Shown here one piece after another: positions 53,029 to 62,828 of a DNA stretch of 64,000 nucleotides; the first letter of the stretch is position 1; every line of letters begins with the position of its first letter. Source of the stretch: Flavobacteriaceae bacterium (GTDB lineage Bacteria; Bacteroidota; Bacteroidia; Flavobacteriales; Flavobacteriaceae); contig CBFHOD010000005.1 of NCBI GenBank assembly GCA_965657365.1, positions 1,137-65,136 on the forward strand, given 5' to 3'. Below the pieces are notes generated by a model. That model did no database searches and was not told the DNA's origin. It worked only from the letters and a program-made list of their open reading frames with translations. The translations under genes and the position numbers were made by a program.

Positions 53029-53559
53029 TTATTTGATATTAATTAATGTTACTCTACTTATTATTGAGGTATTCATACCTATTTTATTTTCATCTCCAAA
53101 AACTCCAAAAGCATTAAATGAAGGAATAATAAACTTAATACTTTCTCCCTTTTTCATTAATTTTACTCCAAATTGTAATCCTGGAATGAAATCTTCTTTG
53201 TCTACAATATATTCTTTGACACCAACAAACTCTTTTGAATATATAATTTGATCACTTAAATCTAAAATGTCATAGGTTAATGTAACAACATCCTCTTTAG
53301 ATGGAGAAATTGTATCTGTTTGATTTTTTACGATATAATGATACCAAAAACCATATGAAGAACGAATATAATCATGTAAACTATCTTTTTTAATATAATT
53401 TTTAATTTTTATTTCTTCTGTAGTATTAATTTTTTTTAATAGCGCTGTTGTAGATTCCATGATATGTCCACTAGAGGCAGAAATGGGTTTTCTTGCCTCT
53501 TGTTTTGAACAAGAAATAATTCCAAAAAAAATGATTAAATAAACAAACCTAAACTTCAT
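53029..53559 (-). CDS. gldI: Gliding motility-associated PPIase-like lipoprotein GldI
   Basis: Lipobox ISC followed by EARKPIS; GFWY and GDENKI; degenerate FKBP domain downstream of a DHH gene. Confidence 0.8.
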   Translation of the reverse strand: MKFRFVYLIIFFGIISCSKQEARKPISASSGHIMESTTALLKKINTTEEIKIKNYIKKDSLHDYIRSSYGFWYHYIVKNQTDTISPSKEDVVTLTYDILDLSDQIIYSKEFVGVKEYIVDKEDFIPGLQFGVKLMKKGESIKFIIPSFNAFGVFGDENKIGMNTSIISRVTLINIK

Positions 53560-54577
53560 ATGACTTAATTAAACCATCTTTATTTTTTGGTAATAATTTA
53601 TTGAATTTATTAATGGTTTCTTCCATTGAAAGATCAGACTTTCCTCCAGCAGCATTGTCATGCCCTCCTCCATTAAAATGTTCTCTTGCAAATTTATTTA
53701 CTGAAAATGTTCCCTTAGATCTAAAAGATATTTTTATAATTCCTTGTTCTTTATCTTCTATAAAAATTGCGGCCATTACTATTCCTTCAATTGAAAGCGC
53801 ATAATTGACAATACCTTCGGCATCACCTTTCTTAAAATTATTAACTATTTTCTCTTCTTGTGTAAGGGTAATATAAGCTGTTTTGAAGGCCGGTAAAACT
53901 TTAAGGTTACTCAAAGCTTGTCCAAGTAATTGTAAACGACCATAGGAGCTTGAGTCATAAACATTGCTATGAATTCTATCATTTTCTGCTCCCTTATCTA
54001 TCAAGTCTGCTATCACCCTATGTGTTAAGCTTGTTGTAGATCGAAACCTGAATGAACCTGTATCTGTCATGATACCGGTATATAAACAGGTTGAAATTTC
54101 TGAATCAATTAAATCTAAATCTCCCATTTTTTCAATAAAATGATACACCATTTGGCAAGTAGAACACATCTCTACATCTGAAAACATATAGGTGAAATTA
54201 TCAGGTTGTTGATGATGATCAATAAGCACAAAATCATTTTGATAACTTTCTAATGTATTTTGCATATCCTGACCAACCCTATGAAGAGCATTAAAGTCTA
54301 ATAAAAATATGATTTCAGAGGAGTTGATGGCTCTTTGAGATTGAGAATTCTGCCAGTCAAATCTATATGTAGCCTCAGAACCTGGTAGCCAATGTAAAAA
54401 ATTGGGGTATTCATTAGGAACAACAACAGTTGGTGTGTGTCCTTTCTTTTTTAGATAGTGATACAAGCCTAAAGAGGCTCCAATAGCATCACCATCTGGA
54501 TTTCTGTGTCCAACTATAACAACATTTTTAGGAGTTTCTAAAAATGATTTAAGTTCTTCGAATTGTTTCAAAATCAT
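53549..54577 (-). CDS. DHH family phosphoesterase (NrnA-like)
   Basis: HRNPDGDA, DHH, TDTGSF and GGGHDNAAG motifs. Confidence 0.92.
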   Translation of the reverse strand: MILKQFEELKSFLETPKNVVIVGHRNPDGDAIGASLGLYHYLKKKGHTPTVVVPNEYPNFLHWLPGSEATYRFDWQNSQSQRAINSSEIIFLLDFNALHRVGQDMQNTLESYQNDFVLIDHHQQPDNFTYMFSDVEMCSTCQMVYHFIEKMGDLDLIDSEISTCLYTGIMTDTGSFRFRSTTSLTHRVIADLIDKGAENDRIHSNVYDSSSYGRLQLLGQALSNLKVLPAFKTAYITLTQEEKIVNNFKKGDAEGIVNYALSIEGIVMAAIFIEDKEQGIIKISFRSKGTFSVNKFAREHFNGGGHDNAAGGKSDLSMEETINKFNKLLPKNKDGLIKSYEV

Positions 54578-54652
54578 AAGTTGCGAAGATACAATTTTAT
54601 TAAAAATTTATGTACTTTTGCCGCAATTTATAAAACATTATACTAAAATAAA

Positions 54653-55072
54653 ATGGCAACAAACAGAACATTCACAATGATTAAACCAGACGGTGTTGAA
54701 AATGGACATACTGGTGCAATCTTAGATAAGATTAATTCAGCAGGTTTTAGAATTGTGGCAATGAAAAAAACACAAATGACTAAAGATGACGCAGAAGCAT
54801 TTTATGCAGTTCATAATGAACGTCCATTCTTTGGAGAATTAGTAGAATTTATGACTAGAGGTCCTATTGTAGCAGCTATATTAGAAAAAGAAAATGCAGT
54901 TGAAGATTTTAGAACATTAATTGGTGCTACAAATCCCGCAGATGCTGCAGAAGGAACTATAAGAAAATTATATGCTACTTCTATGGGAGAAAATGCTGTT
55001 CATGGTTCAGACAGTAATGAAAATGCTGAAATTGAGGGTAACTTTCATTTTTCTGGAAGAGAAAAATTTTAA
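54653..55072 (+). CDS. ndk: Nucleoside diphosphate kinase
   Basis: [17 protein letters not shown] and NAVHGSDS motifs; TACTTTTG promoter at 54613-54620. Confidence 0.97.
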   Translation: MATNRTFTMIKPDGVENGHTGAILDKINSAGFRIVAMKKTQMTKDDAEAFYAVHNERPFFGELVEFMTRGPIVAAILEKENAVEDFRTLIGATNPADAAEGTIRKLYATSMGENAVHGSDSNENAEIEGNFHFSGREKF

Positions 55073-55089
55073 AACAATAATAAAATAAC

Positions 55090-55122
55090 AAAAAACCGAG
55101 CTAATTTGCTCGGTTTTTTTTT
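55090..55122. terminator. Bidirectional intrinsic terminator
   Basis: A6-CCGAGC-taattt-GCTCGG-T9 between convergent genes. Confidence 0.88.
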
Positions 55123-55137
55123 AACTAGTTTGTATTC

Positions 55138-55434
55138 CTAAACCAACATTAATTTCGAAATCACTTCATCTCCTAATTCTTCATTAATCATCTTAATAAT
55201 TTTTTCTTTTCCATAACTTAATTCTTCTCTCAAAACAGATGATGTTAATCTAATTATTAACGTTTTATGTTGCAGTTCTATAGTGTGTGTATAAGAGATT
55301 ACTCCTTGACCCATGAGTTTGTGCCAGGCTTCTTCGACTTTAATCTTTTGCATTCCTTTAGACAAATTATTTTCTTTGATAAAAGATTTCATTAGCTGTT
55401 TGAGTGCTACAGAATCATTTTTTCTTTTAGACAT
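55138..55434 (-). CDS. DUF721 / DciA family protein
   Basis: W..LMG...LTSSVLREEL...IIKMINEELG; downstream of recF. Confidence 0.8.
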   Translation of the reverse strand: MSKRKNDSVALKQLMKSFIKENNLSKGMQKIKVEEAWHKLMGQGVISYTHTIELQHKTLIIRLTSSVLREELSYGKEKIIKMINEELGDEVISKLMLV

Positions 55435-55490
55435 AGAACCCGAATTTTAGATCTAATTAAATATTTATTTAAAATCTTTAAAATGTAAAA

Positions 55491-56570
55491 CTACATATTA
55501 TAAATTTGATATAATTTATTACTTTTTTGAAGTATTTTTTCAATTCTTTCTGAATGCGTATCTGTAATAAATATTTGACCAAATTCATCATTATTTACCA
55601 ATTCAATAATTTGAGAAACTCGATGCTCATCAAGTTTATCAAAAATATCATCTAAGAGGAGTAAGGGAATTAAATTGGATTGCTTTTTAATAAATTCAAA
55701 TTGAGCAAACTTCAATGCAATTAAATAGGATTTTTGTTGTCCTTGAGAACCAAATTTTTTAACAGGATAATTACCAATTTCAAAACTTAAATCATCTTTA
55801 TGAATTCCAACAGTAGTATACTGTAGAATTTTATCTTTTTCTAAGTTATTCTCAAGTAAATCCCTGTAAGAAGAGATAAGTAGTTGGCTTTTATAAATTA
55901 AATTCACCTGCTCCTTATCATTTGAAATAATCTGATATTTCTTATTGAAAATTGGTATAAAGTTTTCTAAAAAAATTCTTCTTTTATCAAATATATTAGA
56001 CCCATAAGTAATTAATTGCTCATTATAAACTTCAAGGTTAATAGCATCAAAAGTTCTGTTAGCTGCAAAATACTTTAACAAGGCGTTTCTTTGAGATAAA
56101 ACTTTATTGTAGGCAATAAGATCTTTCAAGTAGGTTTTATCTTGTTGAGATATAACACCATCTATAAACTTTCTTCTTGCATCACTTCCATCAGTAACTA
56201 AATCTCTATCATAAGGAGATATAATTACCAGTGGGATTTGCCCAACATGCTCTGAGAATTTATCATAAGCTTTTCCATTTCGCTTTAAAAGTTTTTTTTG
56301 ACCTTTTTTTAAGCTGCAAATAATTTTTTCTTTTCTATCGTTTATGGTATAATCACCCTCTACCATAAAAAAATTCTTTGTATGTTGAATGTTTTGAACA
56401 GCTATTGGGTTAAAATAACTCTTTGTAAAAGACAAATAATAAATTGCATCTAATACGTTAGTTTTACCGATACCATTTTGACCAACAAAACAATTAATTT
56501 TTTTTTCAAAATCAAAAGTTTTAGAATCAAAATTTTTAAAATTAACTAAAGATAATTTTTGCAAATACAT
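55491..56570 (-). CDS. recF: DNA replication/repair protein RecF
   Basis: [24 protein letters not shown] and [11 protein letters not shown] motifs. Confidence 0.96.
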   Translation of the reverse strand: MYLQKLSLVNFKNFDSKTFDFEKKINCFVGQNGIGKTNVLDAIYYLSFTKSYFNPIAVQNIQHTKNFFMVEGDYTINDRKEKIICSLKKGQKKLLKRNGKAYDKFSEHVGQIPLVIISPYDRDLVTDGSDARRKFIDGVISQQDKTYLKDLIAYNKVLSQRNALLKYFAANRTFDAINLEVYNEQLITYGSNIFDKRRIFLENFIPIFNKKYQIISNDKEQVNLIYKSQLLISSYRDLLENNLEKDKILQYTTVGIHKDDLSFEIGNYPVKKFGSQGQQKSYLIALKFAQFEFIKKQSNLIPLLLLDDIFDKLDEHRVSQIIELVNNDEFGQIFITDTHSERIEKILQKSNKLYQIYNM

Positions 56571-56684
56571 AACTAATAATTAGAGTCTATAAGGTTCTGC
56601 AAATTATTGAAAAATTACGATATATTGGCTTTCTAAATCCAATTAAAAAAACTATTTTTGCCGAACAAATTTTTATGTAAAAAT

Positions 56685-57452
56685 ATGGCAACATATAAGA
56701 AAAAAGGGTACAAACCTAAAGATAAGAAAGACCAAGAAGCTATAGATATGCAGAGCACAACTGCAGAAGTTTTTAATACACTAGACGACACTGCTTCTAA
56801 ATCTGAGCAATGGATTGAGAAAAACAGTAAGCCTTTGTTTTATAGTTTAGTTGTAGTGATTGTATTAATCCTTGGTTTTTTAGGCTACAATAAATATATC
56901 GTTGAACCTAAAGAAGAAGCAGCAACTAATGAATTATCTTTTCCAAGAAAACACTTTAACGAAGCTAATTTAGCAGCGGGTTCAGAAATAGATTCATTAC
57001 TTCAACTTGGTCTAGATGGGGCTGATAATAAATATGGTTTTCTAGACATCTCCTCGCAATACAGTGGAACTAAAGCTGCAAATATTGCAAACTATTATGC
57101 AGGAGTTTCCTACTTAAAGTTAAAAGAATATCAAAAGGCTATAGAATATTTGAGTAAATTTTCCTCAAATGATGAAATACTTGGACCAACAGCCATCGGT
57201 GCTATTGGAGATGCATTTGCAGATATTGACCAGACAGAAGATGCTTTGGAATATTATGAAAAGGCAGCCTATTTTAAAGACAACGAATTTACAACACCTT
57301 TATTCTTATTTAAGGCAGGAAGGTCAGCAATGGATTTAGGTCAATTTTTGAAAGCTGAGAAAATTTTTACTCAAATAAAAGAAGATTACCCTAGTTCAGA
57401 TGCAGGTAAAGACATCGATAAATATATTTACAGCGCAAAATACGCCCAATAA
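56685..57452 (+). CDS. Membrane-anchored TPR protein (YfgM-like)
   Basis: Single TM followed by TPRs. ATG 56685 is preferred because the TTG 56658 lies inside a TATTTTTG promoter motif (56653-56660). Confidence 0.8.
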   Translation: MATYKKKGYKPKDKKDQEAIDMQSTTAEVFNTLDDTASKSEQWIEKNSKPLFYSLVVVIVLILGFLGYNKYIVEPKEEAATNELSFPRKHFNEANLAAGSEIDSLLQLGLDGADNKYGFLDISSQYSGTKAANIANYYAGVSYLKLKEYQKAIEYLSKFSSNDEILGPTAIGAIGDAFADIDQTEDALEYYEKAAYFKDNEFTTPLFLFKAGRSAMDLGQFLKAEKIFTQIKEDYPSSDAGKDIDKYIYSAKYAQ

Positions 57453-57457
57453 TATCG

Positions 57458-57931
57458 ATGGCAACAACAAATTTATCACACTACGATAAAACAACTATCC
57501 CAAATGCGAATCATTTTCGGTTTGGGATAGTTGTTTCTGAATGGAATCCAGACATTACCGAAAATCTTAAAAAAGGTGCCATTAAAACCCTTTTAGATTG
57601 TGGCGCTAAACAAGAAAACATACTTTCTTGGAAAGTTCCTGGTAGCTTTGAGTTGATTTATGGGTGTAAAAAAATGATAAAGACACTTCAGTTAGATGCT
57701 ATCATAGCTATAGGAAATGTTATTCAGGGCGAAACAAAACATTTTGATTTTGTTTGTAATGGAGTTACTCAAGGTATTACAGATTTAAATGTAAAATATG
57801 ATACACCCATTATTTTTTGTGTTTTGACTGATGCTAATAAACAACAGTCTATAGATAGATCTGGAGGTAAATTTGGAAATAAAGGAATAGAATCTGCTAT
57901 TGCTGCAATTAAAATGGCTTCTTTAGGTTAG
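57458..57931 (+). CDS. ribH: 6,7-dimethyl-8-ribityllumazine synthase
   Basis: VVSEWN, VPGSFEL, IQGETKHFDFV and GNKG motifs. Confidence 0.95.
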   Translation: MATTNLSHYDKTTIPNANHFRFGIVVSEWNPDITENLKKGAIKTLLDCGAKQENILSWKVPGSFELIYGCKKMIKTLQLDAIIAIGNVIQGETKHFDFVCNGVTQGITDLNVKYDTPIIFCVLTDANKQQSIDRSGGKFGNKGIESAIAAIKMASLG

Positions 57932-58046
57932 ATTTAACAAAGGAACTTTCCAACACCCTTGACCATTATTTTATTATTAAGTAACTTTGACATACTACAT
58001 ACTAAAGTCTTAGTATTTGTAGCTTAAAAATATTACAAGGTACTGC

Positions 58047-58370
58047 ATGTCTATTATAAAAAGAAAAAACAAAAAATTTGAGTACAAACCTAGATATTAT
58101 AAAGGTGAGGGTAATCCTTATGCTATTAAACACAAATTTGATGAATTTAGAAGTTCAACAGGAACAAATACAAGTTTAAAAGGTAAAATTAATGGTGCTA
58201 TTAATGATTTAAAAGGAGAACAAAATATTCTAAAAATTGATGATGAAACCTATCAATTAGAAGAATCTGGATCAAATTCAAACAAGGTCGTTCTTTATAT
58301 TATAGCTGTTTTAGTACTTGTTTTTTTATTCATCATAGATTTTGATCTATCCATCTTTAACCAAAAATAA
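58047..58370 (+). CDS. Hypothetical protein with C-terminal TM anchor
   Basis: KNKKFEYKPRYY N-terminus and a hydrophobic C-terminus; TAATG overlap with mutL. Confidence 0.75.
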   Translation: MSIIKRKNKKFEYKPRYYKGEGNPYAIKHKFDEFRSSTGTNTSLKGKINGAINDLKGEQNILKIDDETYQLEESGSNSNKVVLYIIAVLVLVFLFIIDFDLSIFNQK

Positions 58371-60178
58371 TGTCAAACATTATTCAACTTTTACCAGATC
58401 ATGTTGCCAATCAAATAGCAGCCGGTGAAGTAGTTCAAAGACCAGCCTCTGTTGTCAAAGAATTGTTAGAAAATTCTATTGATGCCTCATCAACCTCAAT
58501 TCAACTTATTATAAGAGACGCTGGGAAGACTTTAATACAAGTTATTGATAATGGAAAAGGTATGAGTACAATTGATGCTAAACTCTCCTTTGAACGTCAT
58601 GCAACCTCTAAAATAAGAATTGCAGAAGATTTATTTAAATTACATACTAAAGGTTTTAGAGGTGAAGCTATGGCTTCAATTGCTGCAATTTCACATGTAG
58701 AAATGAAAACGAAGCAAAAATCTCAAGAAATAGGTACTCATATAAAAATAGAGGGAAGTAAGGTTATTTATCAAGAAATGACAGCTACATCAGTTGGAAC
58801 AAATATTGCTGTAAAAAATTTATTTTATAATATTCCCGCTAGAAGAAAATTTTTAAAATCTGACACTATTGAGACTAGACATATTATAGACGAATTTCAG
58901 CGTGTGACATTATCTCATCCAGAATTATCTTTCAGCTTATACCACAATGATAATGAAGTTTATTGTTTGAAAACCAGCAATTTAAGAAAGAGGATTGTAG
59001 AAATTTTTGGGGCTAAAATGAATGAAAAACTCGTACCTGTCTCTGAAAAAACAGAAATGATATCAATTGAAGGTTTCATAACCAAACCTGCTTTTTCAAA
59101 GAAAAAAAGAGGAGAACAATTTTTTTTTGTAAATAATCGATATGTAAAAAGTCCTTATTTAAATCATGCCGTTTTAGCTGCTTTTGAGGGTCTACTAGAA
59201 CATGGCTCCTATCCTTCTTATTTTTTATACTTAACTGTACCCTCCAAAAGTATAGATATTAATATTCATCCAACAAAAACTGAAGTAAAATTTGATGACG
59301 AAAAAGCTGTATATGCAATATTAAGAGCAACAGTAAAACACAGTTTAGGACAATACAATGTTGCTCCTATTCTAGATTTCAATAGAGATGCTACTTTAGA
59401 CACTCCCTATAATTTCACAAAAAAAGAGTTGAAACTATCTAGTCCAAAAATTACTGTAGACCCATCTTTTAATCCATTTAGTAATGATGTTGTATCTGAA
59501 AATAAATCTTCATATCAACATGTAAAAGAAAATTCAAGTTGGGAAAGTTTATATGTAACTACTGATGACATACATCAACAAGAAAAACTTTTTGATCAGG
59601 GAGTTGCTCATCTTTCAAATAAAACAATTCAAATTCAAAGAAAATATCTTTTGAGTTCTATTAAATCTGGTGTTGTTTTAATTCATCAATCGATGGCCCA
59701 TCAGCGTGTTCTTTATGAAGAATTTCTTAATAGTTCATCACTAGAAGAGGTTCATAGTCAACAATTATTGTTTCCTATTACTATTTCATTTTCATCTTCT
59801 GAAGTTGAAATGATATACACCTTAAAATTAGAACTAGAAAATGTAGGTTTTTGTTTCGATGAATTTACAAAAGAGTCAATTACAATAAAAGGGACGCCAA
59901 TGTCTATATCTGAGAGTAAGATTTCTAAAGTTCTAGAAGAACTTTTAGAAAATATTAATTTAGACATTCCAGATATGAATTTTAAGCCACTTGAGATTAT
60001 GGCATCTTCCTTTGCTAAATCTATTGCCATTAAAACTGGTCATGTTTTGTCACAAAAAGAACAAGAAAATCTTGTCAACAGCTTGTTCTCTTGTAAAGAG
60101 CCTAGTATTAGTCCTTCTGGAAAGGCAATATTTAAAACATTAACCTTAGAAGAAATAGATAAACTATTTGCACGCTAA
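58370..60178 (+). CDS. mutL: DNA mismatch repair endonuclease MutL
   Basis: NQIAAGEVVQRP, GFRGEA and DINIHPTK motifs; C-terminal HQSMAHQRVLYE. Confidence 0.95.
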   Translation: MSNIIQLLPDHVANQIAAGEVVQRPASVVKELLENSIDASSTSIQLIIRDAGKTLIQVIDNGKGMSTIDAKLSFERHATSKIRIAEDLFKLHTKGFRGEAMASIAAISHVEMKTKQKSQEIGTHIKIEGSKVIYQEMTATSVGTNIAVKNLFYNIPARRKFLKSDTIETRHIIDEFQRVTLSHPELSFSLYHNDNEVYCLKTSNLRKRIVEIFGAKMNEKLVPVSEKTEMISIEGFITKPAFSKKKRGEQFFFVNNRYVKSPYLNHAVLAAFEGLLEHGSYPSYFLYLTVPSKSIDINIHPTKTEVKFDDEKAVYAILRATVKHSLGQYNVAPILDFNRDATLDTPYNFTKKELKLSSPKITVDPSFNPFSNDVVSENKSSYQHVKENSSWESLYVTTDDIHQQEKLFDQGVAHLSNKTIQIQRKYLLSSIKSGVVLIHQSMAHQRVLYEEFLNSSSLEEVHSQQLLFPITISFSSSEVEMIYTLKLELENVGFCFDEFTKESITIKGTPMSISESKISKVLEELLENINLDIPDMNFKPLEIMASSFAKSIAIKTGHVLSQKEQENLVNSLFSCKEPSISPSGKAIFKTLTLEEIDKLFAR

Positions 60179-60181
60179 CTT

Positions 60182-60922
60182 ATGAATGGAATTAAACTTA
60201 CTGAAGGAATAAAGCATCTAATCATCATTAATGTTATTTTATTTATTGGTCCACAACTCATAAATATTGATCTTACCAATATACTTGCTTTACATTTTCC
60301 CAAAAATGAAAATTTTGGTTTTTGGCAATATATAACTCATATGTTTATGCATGGTAGTTTTGCTCATATTTTATTTAATATGTATGGTCTTTGGGCATTT
60401 GGAACACCTTTAGAAAAAATGTGGGGAAGAAATAAATTTTTATTTTTTTATTTTTCTGCAGGAATCGGAGCTGGATTAATTTACTCACTTGTTAATTATT
60501 ATCAGTTTAATGGCTACCTTGATATATTAATTCAAAATGGATTGAGCACAAATAATATTTCAAAAATATTAGATACAGGAGTATATACAAATTATGCAGA
60601 TGTTATTACCTTATCTAAAGAAGAATTAAGTAAATTTTACAGTTTGTATCACACACCAGCAGTTGGAGCTTCTGGAGCTGTTTACGGGGTTTTAGTAGCT
60701 TTTGGTATGTATTTCAAAGATGCAAAACTAGCGCTTATATTTTTTCCGATTCCAATCGCAGCAAAATACTTTATCCCTGTTATTTTAGTTGGAGATTTAT
60801 TTTTTGGAATGACTAAATATTCAATTGGAAATGTAGCGCATTTCGCACATATAGGTGGAGCAATTATTGGTTTTATATTAGCTTATTATTGGAAGAATAA
60901 TCAATTCAAATACTACAAATAA
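60182..60922 (+). CDS. Rhomboid intramembrane serine protease
   Basis: HILFNM, GASG and AHFAHIGG motifs. Confidence 0.93.
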   Translation: MNGIKLTEGIKHLIIINVILFIGPQLINIDLTNILALHFPKNENFGFWQYITHMFMHGSFAHILFNMYGLWAFGTPLEKMWGRNKFLFFYFSAGIGAGLIYSLVNYYQFNGYLDILIQNGLSTNNISKILDTGVYTNYADVITLSKEELSKFYSLYHTPAVGASGAVYGVLVAFGMYFKDAKLALIFFPIPIAAKYFIPVILVGDLFFGMTKYSIGNVAHFAHIGGAIIGFILAYYWKNNQFKYYK

Positions 60923-61771
60923 ATGAGTTTAATTAACAATTTAAAGTCAAAATTCTTAACAGCCTCAATTATTCAACAATTAATTTATATTAATGTGTCT
61001 GTTTTCATTGTAACGTTAATTTTGAGTTCGTTTAGTGGTTTATATGGAAATAGAACTAACTTTATCTATGAATGGTTTTCTTTGTCTTCATCATTTGGTG
61101 AATTTATAATCAAACCATGGACATTGGTCACTTATGGTTTTTTGCATAATGGTTTTTTACACATATTGTTTAATTGTCTAGTACTACACTTTTTTGGAAG
61201 ACTTTTCTTAGAATATTTCTCTCAAAGACAAGCATTAAATTTTTATATATTAGGAACGATTTTTGGAGGAGTTGCTTATTTGCTTAGCTATAGTTATTTC
61301 CCTTTATTCCAAGGTAAAATTCACACTATGGTTGGAGCATCAGCAGGAATTACAGCTCTTGTTATTGGAATTGCTACGTATATTCCAAATTACCAATTAC
61401 AATTAAGATTCATTGGATATGTTAAAGTATGGCAATTAGCTGGGGCTTTTATTCTATTTGATTTAATATCATTAGCAGGTGGTAATGGTGGTGGTCATAT
61501 TGCCCATTTAGGTGGTGCTTTATTTGGTTATATTTATGTATCTCAGGCTAGTAATAAAGAAATTAGTCTTTTTAATTGGTTTGCATCACTATTTTCTAAA
61601 AGAAAAAAAACATTTCAAACTGTTTACAGATCTTCCAAAAAACAAACCAACAAAAAAACAACTGAGGATAAACAAGCTAAAATAGATTCAATATTAGATA
61701 AGATTAGTAAAACAGGATATGAAACACTTACAAAAGAAGAAAAAGAATTTCTATTTAAACAAAGTAAGTAA
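60923..61771 (+). CDS. Rhomboid protease with C-terminal helical extension
   Basis: HILFN, GASA and AHLGG motifs; C-terminal IDSILDKISKTGYETLT. Confidence 0.9.
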   Translation: MSLINNLKSKFLTASIIQQLIYINVSVFIVTLILSSFSGLYGNRTNFIYEWFSLSSSFGEFIIKPWTLVTYGFLHNGFLHILFNCLVLHFFGRLFLEYFSQRQALNFYILGTIFGGVAYLLSYSYFPLFQGKIHTMVGASAGITALVIGIATYIPNYQLQLRFIGYVKVWQLAGAFILFDLISLAGGNGGGHIAHLGGALFGYIYVSQASNKEISLFNWFASLFSKRKKTFQTVYRSSKKQTNKKTTEDKQAKIDSILDKISKTGYETLTKEEKEFLFKQSK

Positions 61772-61805
61772 ATTAAAAGTCTTAATAAAAAAGATATATT
61801 AATTA

Positions 61806-62819
61806 ATGATAAAATATAATTTTTGGCATAAAATAGTTGTTTTATTTAATACAATCCTATCCATTTTATTACTCCTATCTTATCTCCTACCATTTATATC
61901 CCCAGAGATAGTTCCAATTTTCACCATCGTTAGTTTAGCTGTACCAATACTTTTTATCTCAAATATATTTTTTATAATCTATTGGATTATAAAATTAAAA
62001 AAATACTTCATTATCTCCTTAATTACTATTATTCTGGGTTTTAGTTACATCAGTAGTATTTATAAATTTTCAGAGAAAGAAATTTTTCTAAATGATGATT
62101 TAAAAGTTATGAGTTACAATGTTCGTTTATTTAATTATTACAACTGGACAACAGATAATACAATTGTAAAAAAAATATCTACGTTTATTTCTGAAAAAAA
62201 ACCTGATATATTGACAATTCAAGAATACTTTGAAGATAAAAACCTTCAACTTAAGTATCCATATCAATTCATAAAAACAAAATCTAATGTCAATAAATTT
62301 GGATTAGCTATTTTTTCTAAATATAAAATAATAAATTCAGGCTCTCTAGATTTAAAAGATAGTGCGAACAATATTATTTTTTCAGACATTATAAAAGATA
62401 AAGACACTATTAGAGTTTATAATATTCATTTAGAATCACTTAAAATGAATACAACAAAAGAAAATTTTGGAAAAAAAAATTCCGATAAACTTCTTGAACA
62501 AATGAAAGCCGCTTTTCAAAAACAAGCAAAACAAGTTGAGCTATTTTTAAACCACGAAAAAAAATGGATTGGAAAAAAAATACTTTGTGGAGATTTTAAT
62601 AATACAGCATTTTCATGGGTTTATAGAGAACTCTCAAAAGGTAAGCAAGATGCTTTTAAAGAAGCAGGCACAGGTTTAGGTAAAACTTTTAATTATTGGT
62701 ATCCATTAAGAATAGATTTTATATTAATGGATTCATCTTTTGACATCAATAACTTTAAAACGTTTAATATTCCGTATTCAGACCACTATCCAATTTTAGC
62801 AAGAATAAACTTAAAGTAA
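61806..62819 (+). CDS. Endonuclease/exonuclease/phosphatase family protein with N-terminal TM segments
   Basis: SYNV, QE, HLES, GDFN, RIDF and SDHYP motifs. Confidence 0.9.
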   Translation: MIKYNFWHKIVVLFNTILSILLLLSYLLPFISPEIVPIFTIVSLAVPILFISNIFFIIYWIIKLKKYFIISLITIILGFSYISSIYKFSEKEIFLNDDLKVMSYNVRLFNYYNWTTDNTIVKKISTFISEKKPDILTIQEYFEDKNLQLKYPYQFIKTKSNVNKFGLAIFSKYKIINSGSLDLKDSANNIIFSDIIKDKDTIRVYNIHLESLKMNTTKENFGKKNSDKLLEQMKAAFQKQAKQVELFLNHEKKWIGKKILCGDFNNTAFSWVYRELSKGKQDAFKEAGTGLGKTFNYWYPLRIDFILMDSSFDINNFKTFNIPYSDHYPILARINLK

Positions 62820-62828
62820 TAAAAGACC

